Below are positions 47,915 to 56,996 of a stretch of 56,996 bases of DNA, piece after piece. The position numbers were made by a program, and so were the translations under genes. The stretch is taken from assembly GCA_964351895.1 (NCBI GenBank), contig CAYGQB010000001.1, positions 1 to 56,996 on the forward strand, given 5' to 3'. This DNA is from an uncultured Caulobacterales bacterium. GTDB taxonomy: Bacteria; Pseudomonadota; Alphaproteobacteria; Caulobacterales; Maricaulaceae. How positions within the stretch are numbered: the first letter of the stretch is position 1; every line of letters starts with the position of its first letter. The notes beneath the pieces are model-generated. The model was not told the origin of the DNA. It did no database searches and saw only the letters and a program-made list of their open reading frames with translations.

Positions 47915-48642
47915 CAGAACAAGGGGGCGACGCGTGCGTTGCGCCGCTCGACCAGAGCGCTGAGCTGAGACAAGGAGGCGACCGCCATGAACACCGGCTG
48001 CAAGGCGCCGGCCGCCTGCAGCCTGCCAAGCGCCTCCCCGTTTAGGCTATAGAGGCGCTCTTCTGAGATGGTGTGAAAGCCGGCCAGCCGCCCGCTCGTG
48101 CCGTCCTTGAGCGTCACGTCGAGTGTGAACGGCTCAAGCAAGCCAAGCTCGTCCAGGAGGGCGCACACCGGAGCTACGGTCTGTTCGCCCTGGTGCACCT
48201 TGACCAAGATGTCCTGAGCTTCCTGGAGCGCCGGCGCCAGGCCGCCGTCTTCCAGAAACAGAGCCTCTCCCTGGGTGTCGCTGACGCGGGGGTGATCAAG
48301 ATCGATGTGCACCTCCAGCGTGGGCGCGCTCCCGGCCCCGTCCGCGGCCCTGCCGATCAAGAACGGCCGCATACGGATGGCCAAGGGCACGTAGGCCGCA
48401 TCCCAGCCCTGATCGGAAAGAAAGAGGTTCTGATCACTTTCAAACCCGAACAAGGCGATCGGCCGGTAAGAGCGGGAGGCGGCGTCGGTCCGGAACACGA
48501 TGGGATAGTGCGGCTGCAATTGGCGAAACTCATAGGGAAACGCCGGCGCCCACATCACCTCGTCGCCAAGCGCTGGCGCAAAATCGCGCCGTACGCGCAG
48601 CGCGCCGTGTGCAGCGGAATTGAGCTGAGTGTGTCTCGCCAT
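47914..48642 (-). CDS. SapC-family protein
   Basis: LN...H..LRV........F...........E.......YPIVF.......Y.P.AL.G is the SapC N-terminal pattern. 1-nt overlap with the cupin start. Confidence 0.75.
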   Translation of the reverse strand: MARHTQLNSAAHGALRVRRDFAPALGDEVMWAPAFPYEFRQLQPHYPIVFRTDAASRSYRPIALFGFESDQNLFLSDQGWDAAYVPLAIRMRPFLIGRAADGAGSAPTLEVHIDLDHPRVSDTQGEALFLEDGGLAPALQEAQDILVKVHQGEQTVAPVCALLDELGLLEPFTLDVTLKDGTSGRLAGFHTISEERLYSLNGEALGRLQAAGALQPVFMAVASLSQLSALVERRNARVAPLF

Positions 48643-48644
48643 GA

Positions 48645-50213
48645 TCAGAGCGCCTCTGAGGTTCGGTGCAGGCCGTCGCCGTGGATATGGTCTAGAAGCT
48701 GCCGGTTGGTGGGCAATCCGGCAACATAGCGCGCAGAGCGGGCTGCGATTTCGTCGAGCACGCGGCCGGCGCGCGTCTGATCGGCGGCGCGCTTGGCGGT
48801 CGCGCGCGCCAGGGTCTGGAACCCCATGCCATAAAGAATGTAGGCGTAGCTGGCGGCGGTAAACATCTCCAGGGTCTGGGGAAAGTCCTCACGCGAGGGC
48901 GGGACGTGTCGCCACAGATCCACCAGCTCCACCAGACGATCGGGCCAGCTGGCGCGGTCGCGGTGGCGCGCCCAGTAAGGCTCGACACGCTCGCTCAGCA
49001 CATAGTGCAGCTTGAGAAAGTCAACAATTCGGTCCCAGCGGTACGAGCAGCGGGCATTGTACCGCGCCGCGGCCGCGCCCATTTGGCCTCGGCGCGGCGG
49101 CAAAAGATCGCTGATCAGGGTCGCGGACAGCTCGATCATGACTATGGCGGACGCTTCCAGCGGCTCCACGAAGCCCTGCGACATGCCGACCGCGACTACA
49201 TTGTTCGTCCACGGACTGCGTCTGTAGGCAGAGGAAAAGCGAATGAGCCGCGCGTCCGCAGTCCCCGCCTCGGCATGGGGCGCGGCAACGTCGAGATAGG
49301 CTTGCAGCGCCTGGCGCGCCGCCTCCTCACTGGTTTGCGCGGCGTCGAACACATGGCCGACCCCCCGCCGCGAGTTCAGGGCAATGTCCCAAACCCAGCC
49401 AGCCGGCAAGGCGGTTGCGATGGTCTGAGAGGCGACCGGGGCGGAGGGCGCGGCGTGCGGAACCTGTACCGCCAGCGCGGCATTATTGCCCAGAATGGCG
49501 CTGACGTCCTCCAGGGGCGCACCGAGCGCCTCGCCAATCAGGACGGCGCGCGCGCCCGTGCAATCAACGAACAGATCGCCCGCCACCGCCCCGTTCGCCG
49601 TGGTCGTCACAGCCCGAACGTCGCCTGTGTCAGCCCGGACCACCTCAACGACATCGTCCTTGATCAGGGACACGCCCAGCTCCGTGACCGCGTGGCGCGC
49701 CAAGAGCGCCGCAAAGCCAGGCGCGTCCAGGTGATAGGCATAGTTCGTCACCGCCGCGTACTCGGGCGTGCCAGTCTGCTTGGGCGCGCGGTCCGCTCGG
49801 CAGACCGCCGCCTGGGCGCTAACCGTGCCAGCGAATGCGGGGCCCGCGACGCCACGCGCCAGAACCGCCTGAAGATCAAGGACTTCAGCGCTGGGGGGCG
49901 CGTCGAACGGATGCTGGTAGCTGTCGTCAGGCGCGCCCGTGCGCCAGCCGTCAAAGCGCGAGCCCTGCTTGAAGCTGGCGCCGCAGGCGCGGATGAAGGC
50001 GGTTTCGTTCAGGCCGATCCGCCGCAGCGTGTCGCGCAGGCTCGGCCAAGTCCCCTCGCCCACCCCAAGAATGGGAATGCGCGGGCTTTCGATCAGCGTG
50101 ACCCGGACGCCGTTTTCCGAGCCTGTGCAATGGTCAGCCGCGATCAGGCTCGCCGTCAGCCAGCCGGCCGTGCCGCCGCCCACCACCACCACATGCTGCA
50201 CAACGTCGTCCAT
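48645..50213 (-). CDS. flavin-dependent 'tryptophan halogenase'-family protein (copy 2, divergent)
   Basis: GGGTAGW, GVGEGTWP, ASFKQGSRF (Lys), WVWDIA in place of WxWxIP, GFVEPLEA. GAGGAG RBS before ATG 50213. Confidence 0.85.
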   Translation of the reverse strand: MDDVVQHVVVVGGGTAGWLTASLIAADHCTGSENGVRVTLIESPRIPILGVGEGTWPSLRDTLRRIGLNETAFIRACGASFKQGSRFDGWRTGAPDDSYQHPFDAPPSAEVLDLQAVLARGVAGPAFAGTVSAQAAVCRADRAPKQTGTPEYAAVTNYAYHLDAPGFAALLARHAVTELGVSLIKDDVVEVVRADTGDVRAVTTTANGAVAGDLFVDCTGARAVLIGEALGAPLEDVSAILGNNAALAVQVPHAAPSAPVASQTIATALPAGWVWDIALNSRRGVGHVFDAAQTSEEAARQALQAYLDVAAPHAEAGTADARLIRFSSAYRRSPWTNNVVAVGMSQGFVEPLEASAIVMIELSATLISDLLPPRRGQMGAAAARYNARCSYRWDRIVDFLKLHYVLSERVEPYWARHRDRASWPDRLVELVDLWRHVPPSREDFPQTLEMFTAASYAYILYGMGFQTLARATAKRAADQTRAGRVLDEIAARSARYVAGLPTNRQLLDHIHGDGLHRTSEAL

Positions 50214-50347
50214 GCACTCCTCTGAGGTCTGCGGCGGACCAACGCCGAACGCGCCGTCCCGCACACGGGCCGGCGCGCCGAGCGACCAGAATGGGGCGTA
50301 GTCGGACCGGCGACGGGAGGAGTCGCCGGTCCGATCGGGCAAACGCC

Positions 50348-53300
50348 TTAGTACGTGTAGCGCACCCCGACATTGTAGCGCGACCCGGTCTGCGTTGCGA
50401 AGTTCACATAGCCGGGCGTTCTGCCGACAACACGCGCGGTCTCGTCGGTGATGTTGATGCCCTCCACGAACACCGTCATGCCGGTGCGGAACTCATAGCT
50501 GGCGTTGACGTCCCACTGACCGTAGTCCTCCGTATACAGCGGGTTGTTCGGCGTGCCGCTGACCCCAATCGACGAGTTCAGGAACTTGTCGCGCCAGTTA
50601 TAGGCGATCCGCGCTTGCAGCCCGTCCCGGTCATAGAAGCCGACCAGGTTGTAGCTGTCAGACAGGCCGATCAGCGGTGTTTGCACATCGCCGCTTGAGG
50701 GCACCGAGAAGTTGTTGAACTCGATATCGCCGTTCACCATCGTGAAGTTCGCGATCCAGCCGAACCCGGTGTCGCCCAGGAAGTGCTGCCAGGCGAATTC
50801 GAAGCCATCGACGTTCTTGGTGTCGCGGTTTACCGGCCGCGCAATGTCGAACGACACGATCGGGTCTTCGCCCGCCACCCCGAAGATGTTGCCGACAAAG
50901 TCGCCGTTCACATCGGTGCCGGTGATTTCGAATGTCGAGGGATCGGCGTTCTGGAAGATCCACTGCCGGATGGCCGCCGCATCCGCCGTGCCGCCCAGGG
51001 CTGCGACCGCCGCATTGTAGCGGGCGCCGCCGATCGGCGTGTAAACGTCGAACGGAGTGTCGGCGAACACGTCCGTGCCGATGAAGTTAGAGACTTCCTT
51101 GTCGAAGTAGCCGACCGACACATAGCTGCCGGTACCATAGTACCATTCGGCCGACACGTCGGTGTTCCACGACAGGAAGGGTTCCAGGGCGGGGTTGCCC
51201 GAGGTCCCGTCTCCTCCGTCGACGCGGAAGAGCTGTGCCACCGTCTGACCGCCCTGAATGTCGGCGTAGGACGGTCGCGTCATGGTGCGGCTGTAGGAGG
51301 CGCGCAGCACCAAGTCGTCGCGCGGCTCGACCTGGAAGTCGACCGCTGGCAGCAGGTAGTCGTAAGTGCCTGACAGGCTGGTGAAGTTGCGGTTCGCTGC
51401 ACTGTCGAGACCCAACAACGTCAGCTCGTTGGCGGCCACCCAGGCCGTGCCCGTCGGGAAGGCGACCAGGGCTTGGGAGGTGACGTCGGTTTCCTCGTAG
51501 CGCAGGCCCGTCATCAGTTCGGCCGGCCAGGCGCCCAGATCAAACTCAGAATTGACCTGCACGAACGCCGACCGGCTCTCTTCTTCGGTCCGCCGATCGG
51601 TCTGGACCGTGTCGGCGATGCAGACTCCATCGCCGCCGCACACCGGCGCAAAGCCGCCGATTGTGGTGTCCATCACGGCCACCAGCTTGTCGAAGTCGAC
51701 AATGAAGAAGTCCGGATAGGTCGTGCCCGAGCCGCTGAACTGGTCGAAGTTGCCGGCCAGATCGGCGCGCCGCCAGATGTCGTCGGGATAGTCAGACGGA
51801 TCGCCGACCCCGCCCCAGCTGTCGCGTTGGTTGTTGGAGAAGGTCGAGCGATAGCTGTTGTTGGTCAAGGCGGCGCCAAAGTCGACGCTCTTCACGATCG
51901 AGGTGTCGAAGTCGTAGCTCGCAAACAGCTGGGTCTGATCGATCTCCGTGCGGATATAGCTCGCCTGGAAGGTCGAGCCCGTGCCGCGCATGCGATCGGC
52001 GCTGATGTCGGTGAACGGCGCCTGGAAGCCGAGCGACAGGCTTGGCAATTCTGTTGTGAAATCAACACCCTGGGTGCGCAGCGAGAAGTCCGCTGTCGAC
52101 AGAACGCCCTCCGTGCCATAGGGGCTGTCCGGCTCGCTCTCGGCTGAGGACGAGTGAACGTCCAGCGCCACGCTCAACCGGTCGGTGGGCTCCCACGCTA
52201 GGTTCAGGCCGACCGAATTGTTGGTCGACAGGCTGCCCAGACGGGCCGCCCCCATCGACAGGTCCGAGCCGCCGGGGCCGAAGTCTTCGTTGTAGAAGAT
52301 CGGATCAGCGATCGGGCCGTCGCCCCAGGCGCTGGTGACGTTGCCGTGGTTGAACCACACCGACAGGTCGGACCGCTCGGTCTCGACCTGGTTACGCGAG
52401 AAGAAGTAGTCGAGGGTCGCGGTGAAGGTGTCGACCGGACGGTACTGAAGCGCCAGCTGCGCATTGAGGCGCTCGCGGGCGATGTTGGTCAGCCGATAGT
52501 TGGCGTTCTGCGGCACCGAATAAATGTCGGTCGGCCCCGGACGATTGGTAACCTGGGTGTCGGCCGGCGGCTGAGGCAGGGTGCCCCAGTTGTTTTCCGA
52601 GCCCAAGTAGGCCCCGCGCCAGCCGCTGGTCGTGCCGAACTGCGCCACCCCGCTCTCGCGGTCCTGATAAGACCCGGCGAGGGCGACGCCGAAGGTGTCG
52701 TTGGCGAAGGTGCGCGAATAGATGCCCGACAGCTCCGGGGTCACCGACTCATCGCCCAGCGAGGTGACCGACTGGTCAAACACCGCCTTGGCGCCCACCG
52801 AATAGTTCAGGCCCGGCGCATCGAGCGGACGGGCGGTCAGGATGTTCAGAGTCGAACCAATGCCGCCGGTCGGCAGGTCGGCGCGGCCCGTCTTGTAGAT
52901 GTTGACGCCGGCGATGCCTTCAGACGCGAGATTGCCGAAGTCAAAGCTGCGCGAGGCCGGCGCGCTTTCTTCCAAGAAAGCGGTCGGCATCTGGCGGCCG
53001 TTCAGCAGCACCAGGTTGAAGTCGGGACCAAAGCCGCGAACCGTCACCCGGCTGCCTTCGCCCGCCTGACGGTCGATCGACACGCCGGTGATGCGCTGAA
53101 GCGACTCAGCCAGGTTGGTGTCGGGGAACTTGCCGATGTCCTCGGCCGTGATGGCGTCCACGACGCCCTGTCCCTCGCGCTTGATGTCGGAGGACTCCGA
53201 CAAGCTGGCGCGAATGCCCTTAACGACGATGATTTCGCGCTCGTCGTCGTTGACCGCCGCGTCTTGAGCCAGAGCCGGCGTCGCGCTGATCAGTGCGCCC

Positions 53301-53359
53301 AGGCTCACCGCCATCGACAGGCCGGCCTTAACCGAGCGATTTCCTCTAAACGATCCCAT
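50348..53359 (-). CDS. TonB-dependent receptor (about 1000 aa, polysaccharide-type)
   Basis: Signal peptide ending ALAQD, plug motifs (VVKGIRASL, VDAITAEDIGKFPDTNLAESLQRITGVSI), long beta-barrel, C-terminal RYNVGVRYTY. Confidence 0.92.
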   Translation of the reverse strand: MGSFRGNRSVKAGLSMAVSLGALISATPALAQDAAVNDDEREIIVVKGIRASLSESSDIKREGQGVVDAITAEDIGKFPDTNLAESLQRITGVSIDRQAGEGSRVTVRGFGPDFNLVLLNGRQMPTAFLEESAPASRSFDFGNLASEGIAGVNIYKTGRADLPTGGIGSTLNILTARPLDAPGLNYSVGAKAVFDQSVTSLGDESVTPELSGIYSRTFANDTFGVALAGSYQDRESGVAQFGTTSGWRGAYLGSENNWGTLPQPPADTQVTNRPGPTDIYSVPQNANYRLTNIARERLNAQLALQYRPVDTFTATLDYFFSRNQVETERSDLSVWFNHGNVTSAWGDGPIADPIFYNEDFGPGGSDLSMGAARLGSLSTNNSVGLNLAWEPTDRLSVALDVHSSSAESEPDSPYGTEGVLSTADFSLRTQGVDFTTELPSLSLGFQAPFTDISADRMRGTGSTFQASYIRTEIDQTQLFASYDFDTSIVKSVDFGAALTNNSYRSTFSNNQRDSWGGVGDPSDYPDDIWRRADLAGNFDQFSGSGTTYPDFFIVDFDKLVAVMDTTIGGFAPVCGGDGVCIADTVQTDRRTEEESRSAFVQVNSEFDLGAWPAELMTGLRYEETDVTSQALVAFPTGTAWVAANELTLLGLDSAANRNFTSLSGTYDYLLPAVDFQVEPRDDLVLRASYSRTMTRPSYADIQGGQTVAQLFRVDGGDGTSGNPALEPFLSWNTDVSAEWYYGTGSYVSVGYFDKEVSNFIGTDVFADTPFDVYTPIGGARYNAAVAALGGTADAAAIRQWIFQNADPSTFEITGTDVNGDFVGNIFGVAGEDPIVSFDIARPVNRDTKNVDGFEFAWQHFLGDTGFGWIANFTMVNGDIEFNNFSVPSSGDVQTPLIGLSDSYNLVGFYDRDGLQARIAYNWRDKFLNSSIGVSGTPNNPLYTEDYGQWDVNASYEFRTGMTVFVEGINITDETARVVGRTPGYVNFATQTGSRYNVGVRYTY

Positions 53360-53382
53360 GGTCCTGTTCCTCCCCTTCTTTT

Positions 53383-53403
53383 CTGATTTCTGATTTCTGC
53401 TTT
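53383..53403. repeat. three tandem heptamers CTGMTTT (minus strand AAAKCAG) in the 51-nt GH16-TBDR spacer
   Basis: Read directly. Lies just upstream (minus strand) of the GGGGAGGA RBS of the receptor gene. Confidence 0.7.
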
Positions 53404-53410
53404 GCTGCCT

Positions 53411-54502
53411 TCATCGCGCCTGGACCTCCCAGGGGCCCTTGGGCGTCCCGGTCCAGGTCTTGTCGGACAGGCACGCTCGGCCTGTGTCTTCGTCGCCGGC
53501 GCACTGCTCGACACGCACCCAGTCGACAAGCAGGGCGGCGGGAAACGAGGCTGGATCGAACCCGGCCCCGTTTGATCGTTCGGGCAGATTTCCGCCGACC
53601 GCCAAGTTGAGAATGAGATAAAAGGGCTCGTCGAACGGGGCGTGGGCGCGCCCCGCCGCATTCGGCGCCACCGTGTTCCAGTCGTCCGACTCAAGACGGA
53701 AGAACATCTCTCCGTCCACGAACCACTGAATCACGCCTTCCGCCCACTCGACGCTATAGACCCGCCACTCTTCGGACGGGCCCGGACGGCGCGTCCCGTC
53801 CGCATGCGCAAATAGGTAGGTGTTGTCGGGCGCCGTATCACCGAAATGCAGGGCGGCGGAGGTGCGCTGTTCTTCCCCGCCCGGACAGTCGGCGCACGGC
53901 TCGGCCAGATTGACCGCCTCCATGATGTCCAGCTCGCCCGAGAGCGGCCAGCGCCCATAGACCGACTGCGCCGGCATCATCCAGAAGGCCGGCCACGCGC
54001 CCTGCCCCGCCGGCAGTTTCAGGCGCGCCGAGAACCGGCCATAGCGCCAAGACGCCAATCCGCGCGTGCGCACCTTGCCGGAGGTGTATTCTTGGCGCCG
54101 GGTTTCGGTCCCGCGGTCAGGGCGCGCGTCTGAATAGAGCGGGCCGGTGAAGACCTCAGGCTTCGCCATGAGGTGTAGCAGGCCGTCCGCCACGCGAATA
54201 TTGTCGGGCCGATCGGTGTAGCATTGGCGCTCATTGTTGCCGCCGCCCCAGCAGGCTTCTTCGGGCGACCAGCGGCTGCGATCGAGCGCGTCGCCATCAA
54301 ATTCGTCCACCCAAACCTGAACCCACTGCGGCGCGTCGTGCGCCTCCCGTTGGGCTGTGGCTGTGGTTGCAGCGGTGTCAACAACGTGAGCTTGGTTGGC
54401 TTCAGGCAGCGGGTCGGGGAGCGAGGCGCAGGCGCAAAGGAGCAAGGCGGCCCCAGGTGTCACGACTCCAGAACACAGCGTATTGAGCGCGTGCTTGCGC
54501 AT
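53411..54502 (-). CDS. GH16 beta-1,3(4)-glucanase (laminarinase-like), probable lipoprotein
   Basis: WPAFWMM and GELDIMEAV (ExDxxE catalytic motif). N-terminal AALLLCAC lipobox-like signal. Confidence 0.85.
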   Translation of the reverse strand: MRKHALNTLCSGVVTPGAALLLCACASLPDPLPEANQAHVVDTAATTATAQREAHDAPQWVQVWVDEFDGDALDRSRWSPEEACWGGGNNERQCYTDRPDNIRVADGLLHLMAKPEVFTGPLYSDARPDRGTETRRQEYTSGKVRTRGLASWRYGRFSARLKLPAGQGAWPAFWMMPAQSVYGRWPLSGELDIMEAVNLAEPCADCPGGEEQRTSAALHFGDTAPDNTYLFAHADGTRRPGPSEEWRVYSVEWAEGVIQWFVDGEMFFRLESDDWNTVAPNAAGRAHAPFDEPFYLILNLAVGGNLPERSNGAGFDPASFPAALLVDWVRVEQCAGDEDTGRACLSDKTWTGTPKGPWEVQAR

Positions 54503-54744
54503 TCGTCTCCCCTCGAGTCGACCTGTTGCCGGTCGAACTCAGGCCTACGCTGCGGCAACTTGTGTTAGGGGACAAAGCCGGTGCTGTGAGTCGGACGACT
54601 TGTGCGCCCAGACGGACCGAGAGCGCACCGAACTCGTCTGGAACGCGCAAAACAAGACCGCAGCCTAGCCGCCTGGGTCAGCCGGACGCCCAGGCGTGGA
54701 CGCGCGCACGCGGCGCGCCACACGCCCATCTCCGAGGGGTCGGC

Positions 54745-56886
54745 TTAAGGCGCGTCCAGCGTAAACGTCGCCGACAGGTCGGCGCGCGAGGAGCCGCCGA
54801 CGAAGACTTCAAACGCGCCCGGTTCGACGGTGAACTCACCGCGCGTGTCGTAAAAGCCCAGCTCACGCCGCCCAAGCTCAAAGCGCACCGTCTGCACTTC
54901 GCCGGGCGCCAGGGCGATCTTCTCAAAGCCCTTCAGCTCCCGCACGGGTCGGCTAATGCCCGCGACCGGATCGCGCAGATAAAGCTGCACCACTTCCTCG
55001 CCGGCGCGTTCGCCCGCATTGGTCACCAGCACCGAAACGCGCGCGCCCTCCGAGGTGGACACAACTTGCAGGTCCGCATAATCAAAGCGCGTGTAGCTCA
55101 ACCCGTGACCAAACGCATAGAGCGGGTCATTGGACTCATCATTGTAGTGGGACCAAAACACCTCGTCGCGCGGGCCCGGCCGACCCGTGTTCAGGTGATT
55201 GTAGTAGATTGGAATCTGACCAACCGATCGGGGGAAGGTCATCGGCAGCTTGCCGCTGGGATTGTAGGCGCCTGTGAGCACATTGGTCAGGGCGCGTCCG
55301 CTTTCGTGGCCCAGATGCCAGGCCTGAACGATGGCGGGCACATTGTCGTCCGCCCAAGTCAGCACCAGCGGGCGCCCGCTCATTACAACTAAAACGATAT
55401 TGGGATTAGCGGCGTGCACCGCCTCCAGAAGCGCCTGCTGCACGCCCGGAAACCCAAGATCGGCGCGGCTGCGCCCTTCGCCCGACTGCAGCCCGTCCTC
55501 GCCCAGCGCCATCACCACCACGTCGGCGCGGCGGGCTGCGTCCACGGCGGCGGCGAACCCGGACCGGTCGTCGAGATTGACCTTCACATGGGTGGCGAAC
55601 GCGGCCTTGCCGATTTCCAAGGCCGCCCCTTGGGCGTACTCGACCGTCAAGCCAGCTTGCACCATGCCTTCGCGCAGCGAAACGGCGCTGTCGGCCTCGC
55701 CCTGCGCGCGCCAATTGCCCAGCGGGGAGTCCTTGTCGTCCGCGAGCGCCCCAATCAAGGCGATGCGCGCATCGGGCCGAAGCGGCAGCAGATCGCCCTC
55801 GTTCTTCAAGAGCACCACCGAGCGCTCCGCCATGCGCCGGGCGGCGTCAAGGTGCTCGGGCGCCATCAGCACTGCCCGCTCGCGCTCCTCGTCGAGATAG
55901 CGGTACGGATCGTCTAACAGGCCAAGCTCGAACTTCACGCGCAACACGCGGGCCACCGCGTCGTCCAGATGCGCCAGGCTCACATCCCCTTCAGCGACCA
56001 GCTCAGCCAGGTGGCGATGGAACACATAGCTTTCCATGTCGACGTCCGAGCCGGCGGTCAAGGCGACGCGGGCGGCGTCCTTCTCGGTCCCAACGAAGCC
56101 GTGATCGATCATCTCGCGCGCCGAGCCCCAGTCGGACACGACCAGGCCGTCAAAGCCCCAGCCCTCCTTGAGGATGTCGCGCTGCATGTAGGGATCGCCC
56201 GTGGCGGGGATCGCATTGACCGTGTTGAACGCGTTCATGACTGTGCGCGCGTTCGCTTCCCGCACGCCGGCCTCGAACGGCGGCAGGACGGTGTTGAATA
56301 GGGTCGTGGTCCCCATCTCGGCCGTGTTGTAGTCCTTGCCGGCTTCGGCAAAGCCATAGCCGGCCAGGTGCTTGAGCGTGGCGGCGACGGTGTCGGGCGC
56401 GCTCAGATCATCGCCCTGGAAGCCGCGCACCCGCGCCACCGCAATCGCTGAACCAAGGAACGGGTCTTCCCCCGCCCCCTCCATCACCCGGCCCCAGCGC
56501 GGGTCGCGCGAGAGGTCAACCATGGGCGCGAAAGTCCAGTTGAGACCCTGGGCGGCGGCCTCGCGTGCGGCAATGCGGGCGGTTTCCTCCATCAGGTCCA
56601 AGTCCCAGCTGGCCGCCTCGGCCAGGGGCAGAGGAAAGATGGTGCGGTGCCCATGAATGACGTCATAGGCGAACATCACCGGGATCTTGAGCCGCGACTC
56701 CTCGACCGCGTAGCGCTGGATTTCTCGCACGTCCTCCACGCCTATCACGTTCAGCATCGAGCCGATCTCGCCGGCGCGCACCAGCTCATGCTTCCAGCGC
56801 GCATCCTCGTCGTTCGGCATCGGCCCGGTGACATCGCCAAAGCCGGTCAGCTGGGTCAGCTGGCCCACCTTTTCCTGCACGGTCAT
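54745..56886 (-). CDS. GH3 beta-glucosidase (BglX-like); true 5' end unresolved at the window edge
   Basis: MTVQEKVGQL, KHLAGYG, VVSDWGS (nucleophile Asp), C-terminal fibronectin-like domain. The first ATG gives no signal peptide (see findings). Confidence 0.85.
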   Translation of the reverse strand: MTVQEKVGQLTQLTGFGDVTGPMPNDEDARWKHELVRAGEIGSMLNVIGVEDVREIQRYAVEESRLKIPVMFAYDVIHGHRTIFPLPLAEAASWDLDLMEETARIAAREAAAQGLNWTFAPMVDLSRDPRWGRVMEGAGEDPFLGSAIAVARVRGFQGDDLSAPDTVAATLKHLAGYGFAEAGKDYNTAEMGTTTLFNTVLPPFEAGVREANARTVMNAFNTVNAIPATGDPYMQRDILKEGWGFDGLVVSDWGSAREMIDHGFVGTEKDAARVALTAGSDVDMESYVFHRHLAELVAEGDVSLAHLDDAVARVLRVKFELGLLDDPYRYLDEERERAVLMAPEHLDAARRMAERSVVLLKNEGDLLPLRPDARIALIGALADDKDSPLGNWRAQGEADSAVSLREGMVQAGLTVEYAQGAALEIGKAAFATHVKVNLDDRSGFAAAVDAARRADVVVMALGEDGLQSGEGRSRADLGFPGVQQALLEAVHAANPNIVLVVMSGRPLVLTWADDNVPAIVQAWHLGHESGRALTNVLTGAYNPSGKLPMTFPRSVGQIPIYYNHLNTGRPGPRDEVFWSHYNDESNDPLYAFGHGLSYTRFDYADLQVVSTSEGARVSVLVTNAGERAGEEVVQLYLRDPVAGISRPVRELKGFEKIALAPGEVQTVRFELGRRELGFYDTRGEFTVEPGAFEVFVGGSSRADLSATFTLDAP

Positions 56887-56996
56887 CTGGGCGATCAGGG
56901 CGGCGATGGCGGCCTCATGCGGGCCTTCGGCCCTGCCGGGGGACGTGCTGGCGGGCGCGCTCGGAAAAGCTCTTCAGGCCATGACCGCCACTCGCC

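Noticed and set aside
56974-56976. In-frame TGA upstream of the GH3 gene as a selenocysteine codon, given the nearby selenium genes.
   Set aside because: The position falls in a signal-peptide-like segment where Sec makes no sense. selD is broken, and no selA/selB or SECIS element is visible. A nonsense mutation, a sequencing error or a separate upstream ORF are simpler explanations.

Overview
This is a high-GC chromosomal segment. Its gene content (class I LysRS, TonB-dependent receptor locus, TadG, UrcA, DUF952-pyrD) fits an aquatic alphaproteobacterium, which is an inference. I support about 55 protein-coding genes and found no rRNA or tRNA gene.

The left two thirds (1-39100) is mostly housekeeping and accessory metabolism:
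- alpha-carbonic anhydrase
- a ligase-associated DNA-damage exonuclease and its ATP-dependent ligase, separated by unrelated genes
- AbgT, an ABC pair, MscS, tandem PaaI thioesterases, HDAC, a MATE pump
- pyrD, typA, class I lysyl-tRNA synthetase, 1-Cys peroxiredoxin
- a surface-glycan cluster with CDP-glucose synthesis and a sugar C-methyltransferase

The most unusual region is 39.2-42.8 kb. A roughly 1.5 kb foreign remnant sits where the N-terminus of selD should be. It carries:
- an AT-rich iteron-like block
- a two-repeat type I-E-like CRISPR mini-array with no cas genes
- an amber-interrupted Fic gene (mobile mystery protein B)
- its HTH partner

The convergent neighbouring selU has Gly at the expected rhodanese catalytic Cys. 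Together these suggest a decaying selenouridine pathway.

The right end (45.3-57.0 kb) is a single-strand beta-glucan utilisation locus: GH3, GH16, TonB-dependent receptor, then a halogenase-SapC-cupin-halogenase module of unknown function.

Smaller oddities:
- a 16-nt perfect anti-16S (hyper-Shine-Dalgarno) element with a 25-codon ORF downstream of typA
- an orphan strong terminator ending about 350 nt of non-coding sequence next to lysK
- a triad-deficient S9 peptidase homologue at the left edge

All identifications are by eye from motifs. No searches were run.
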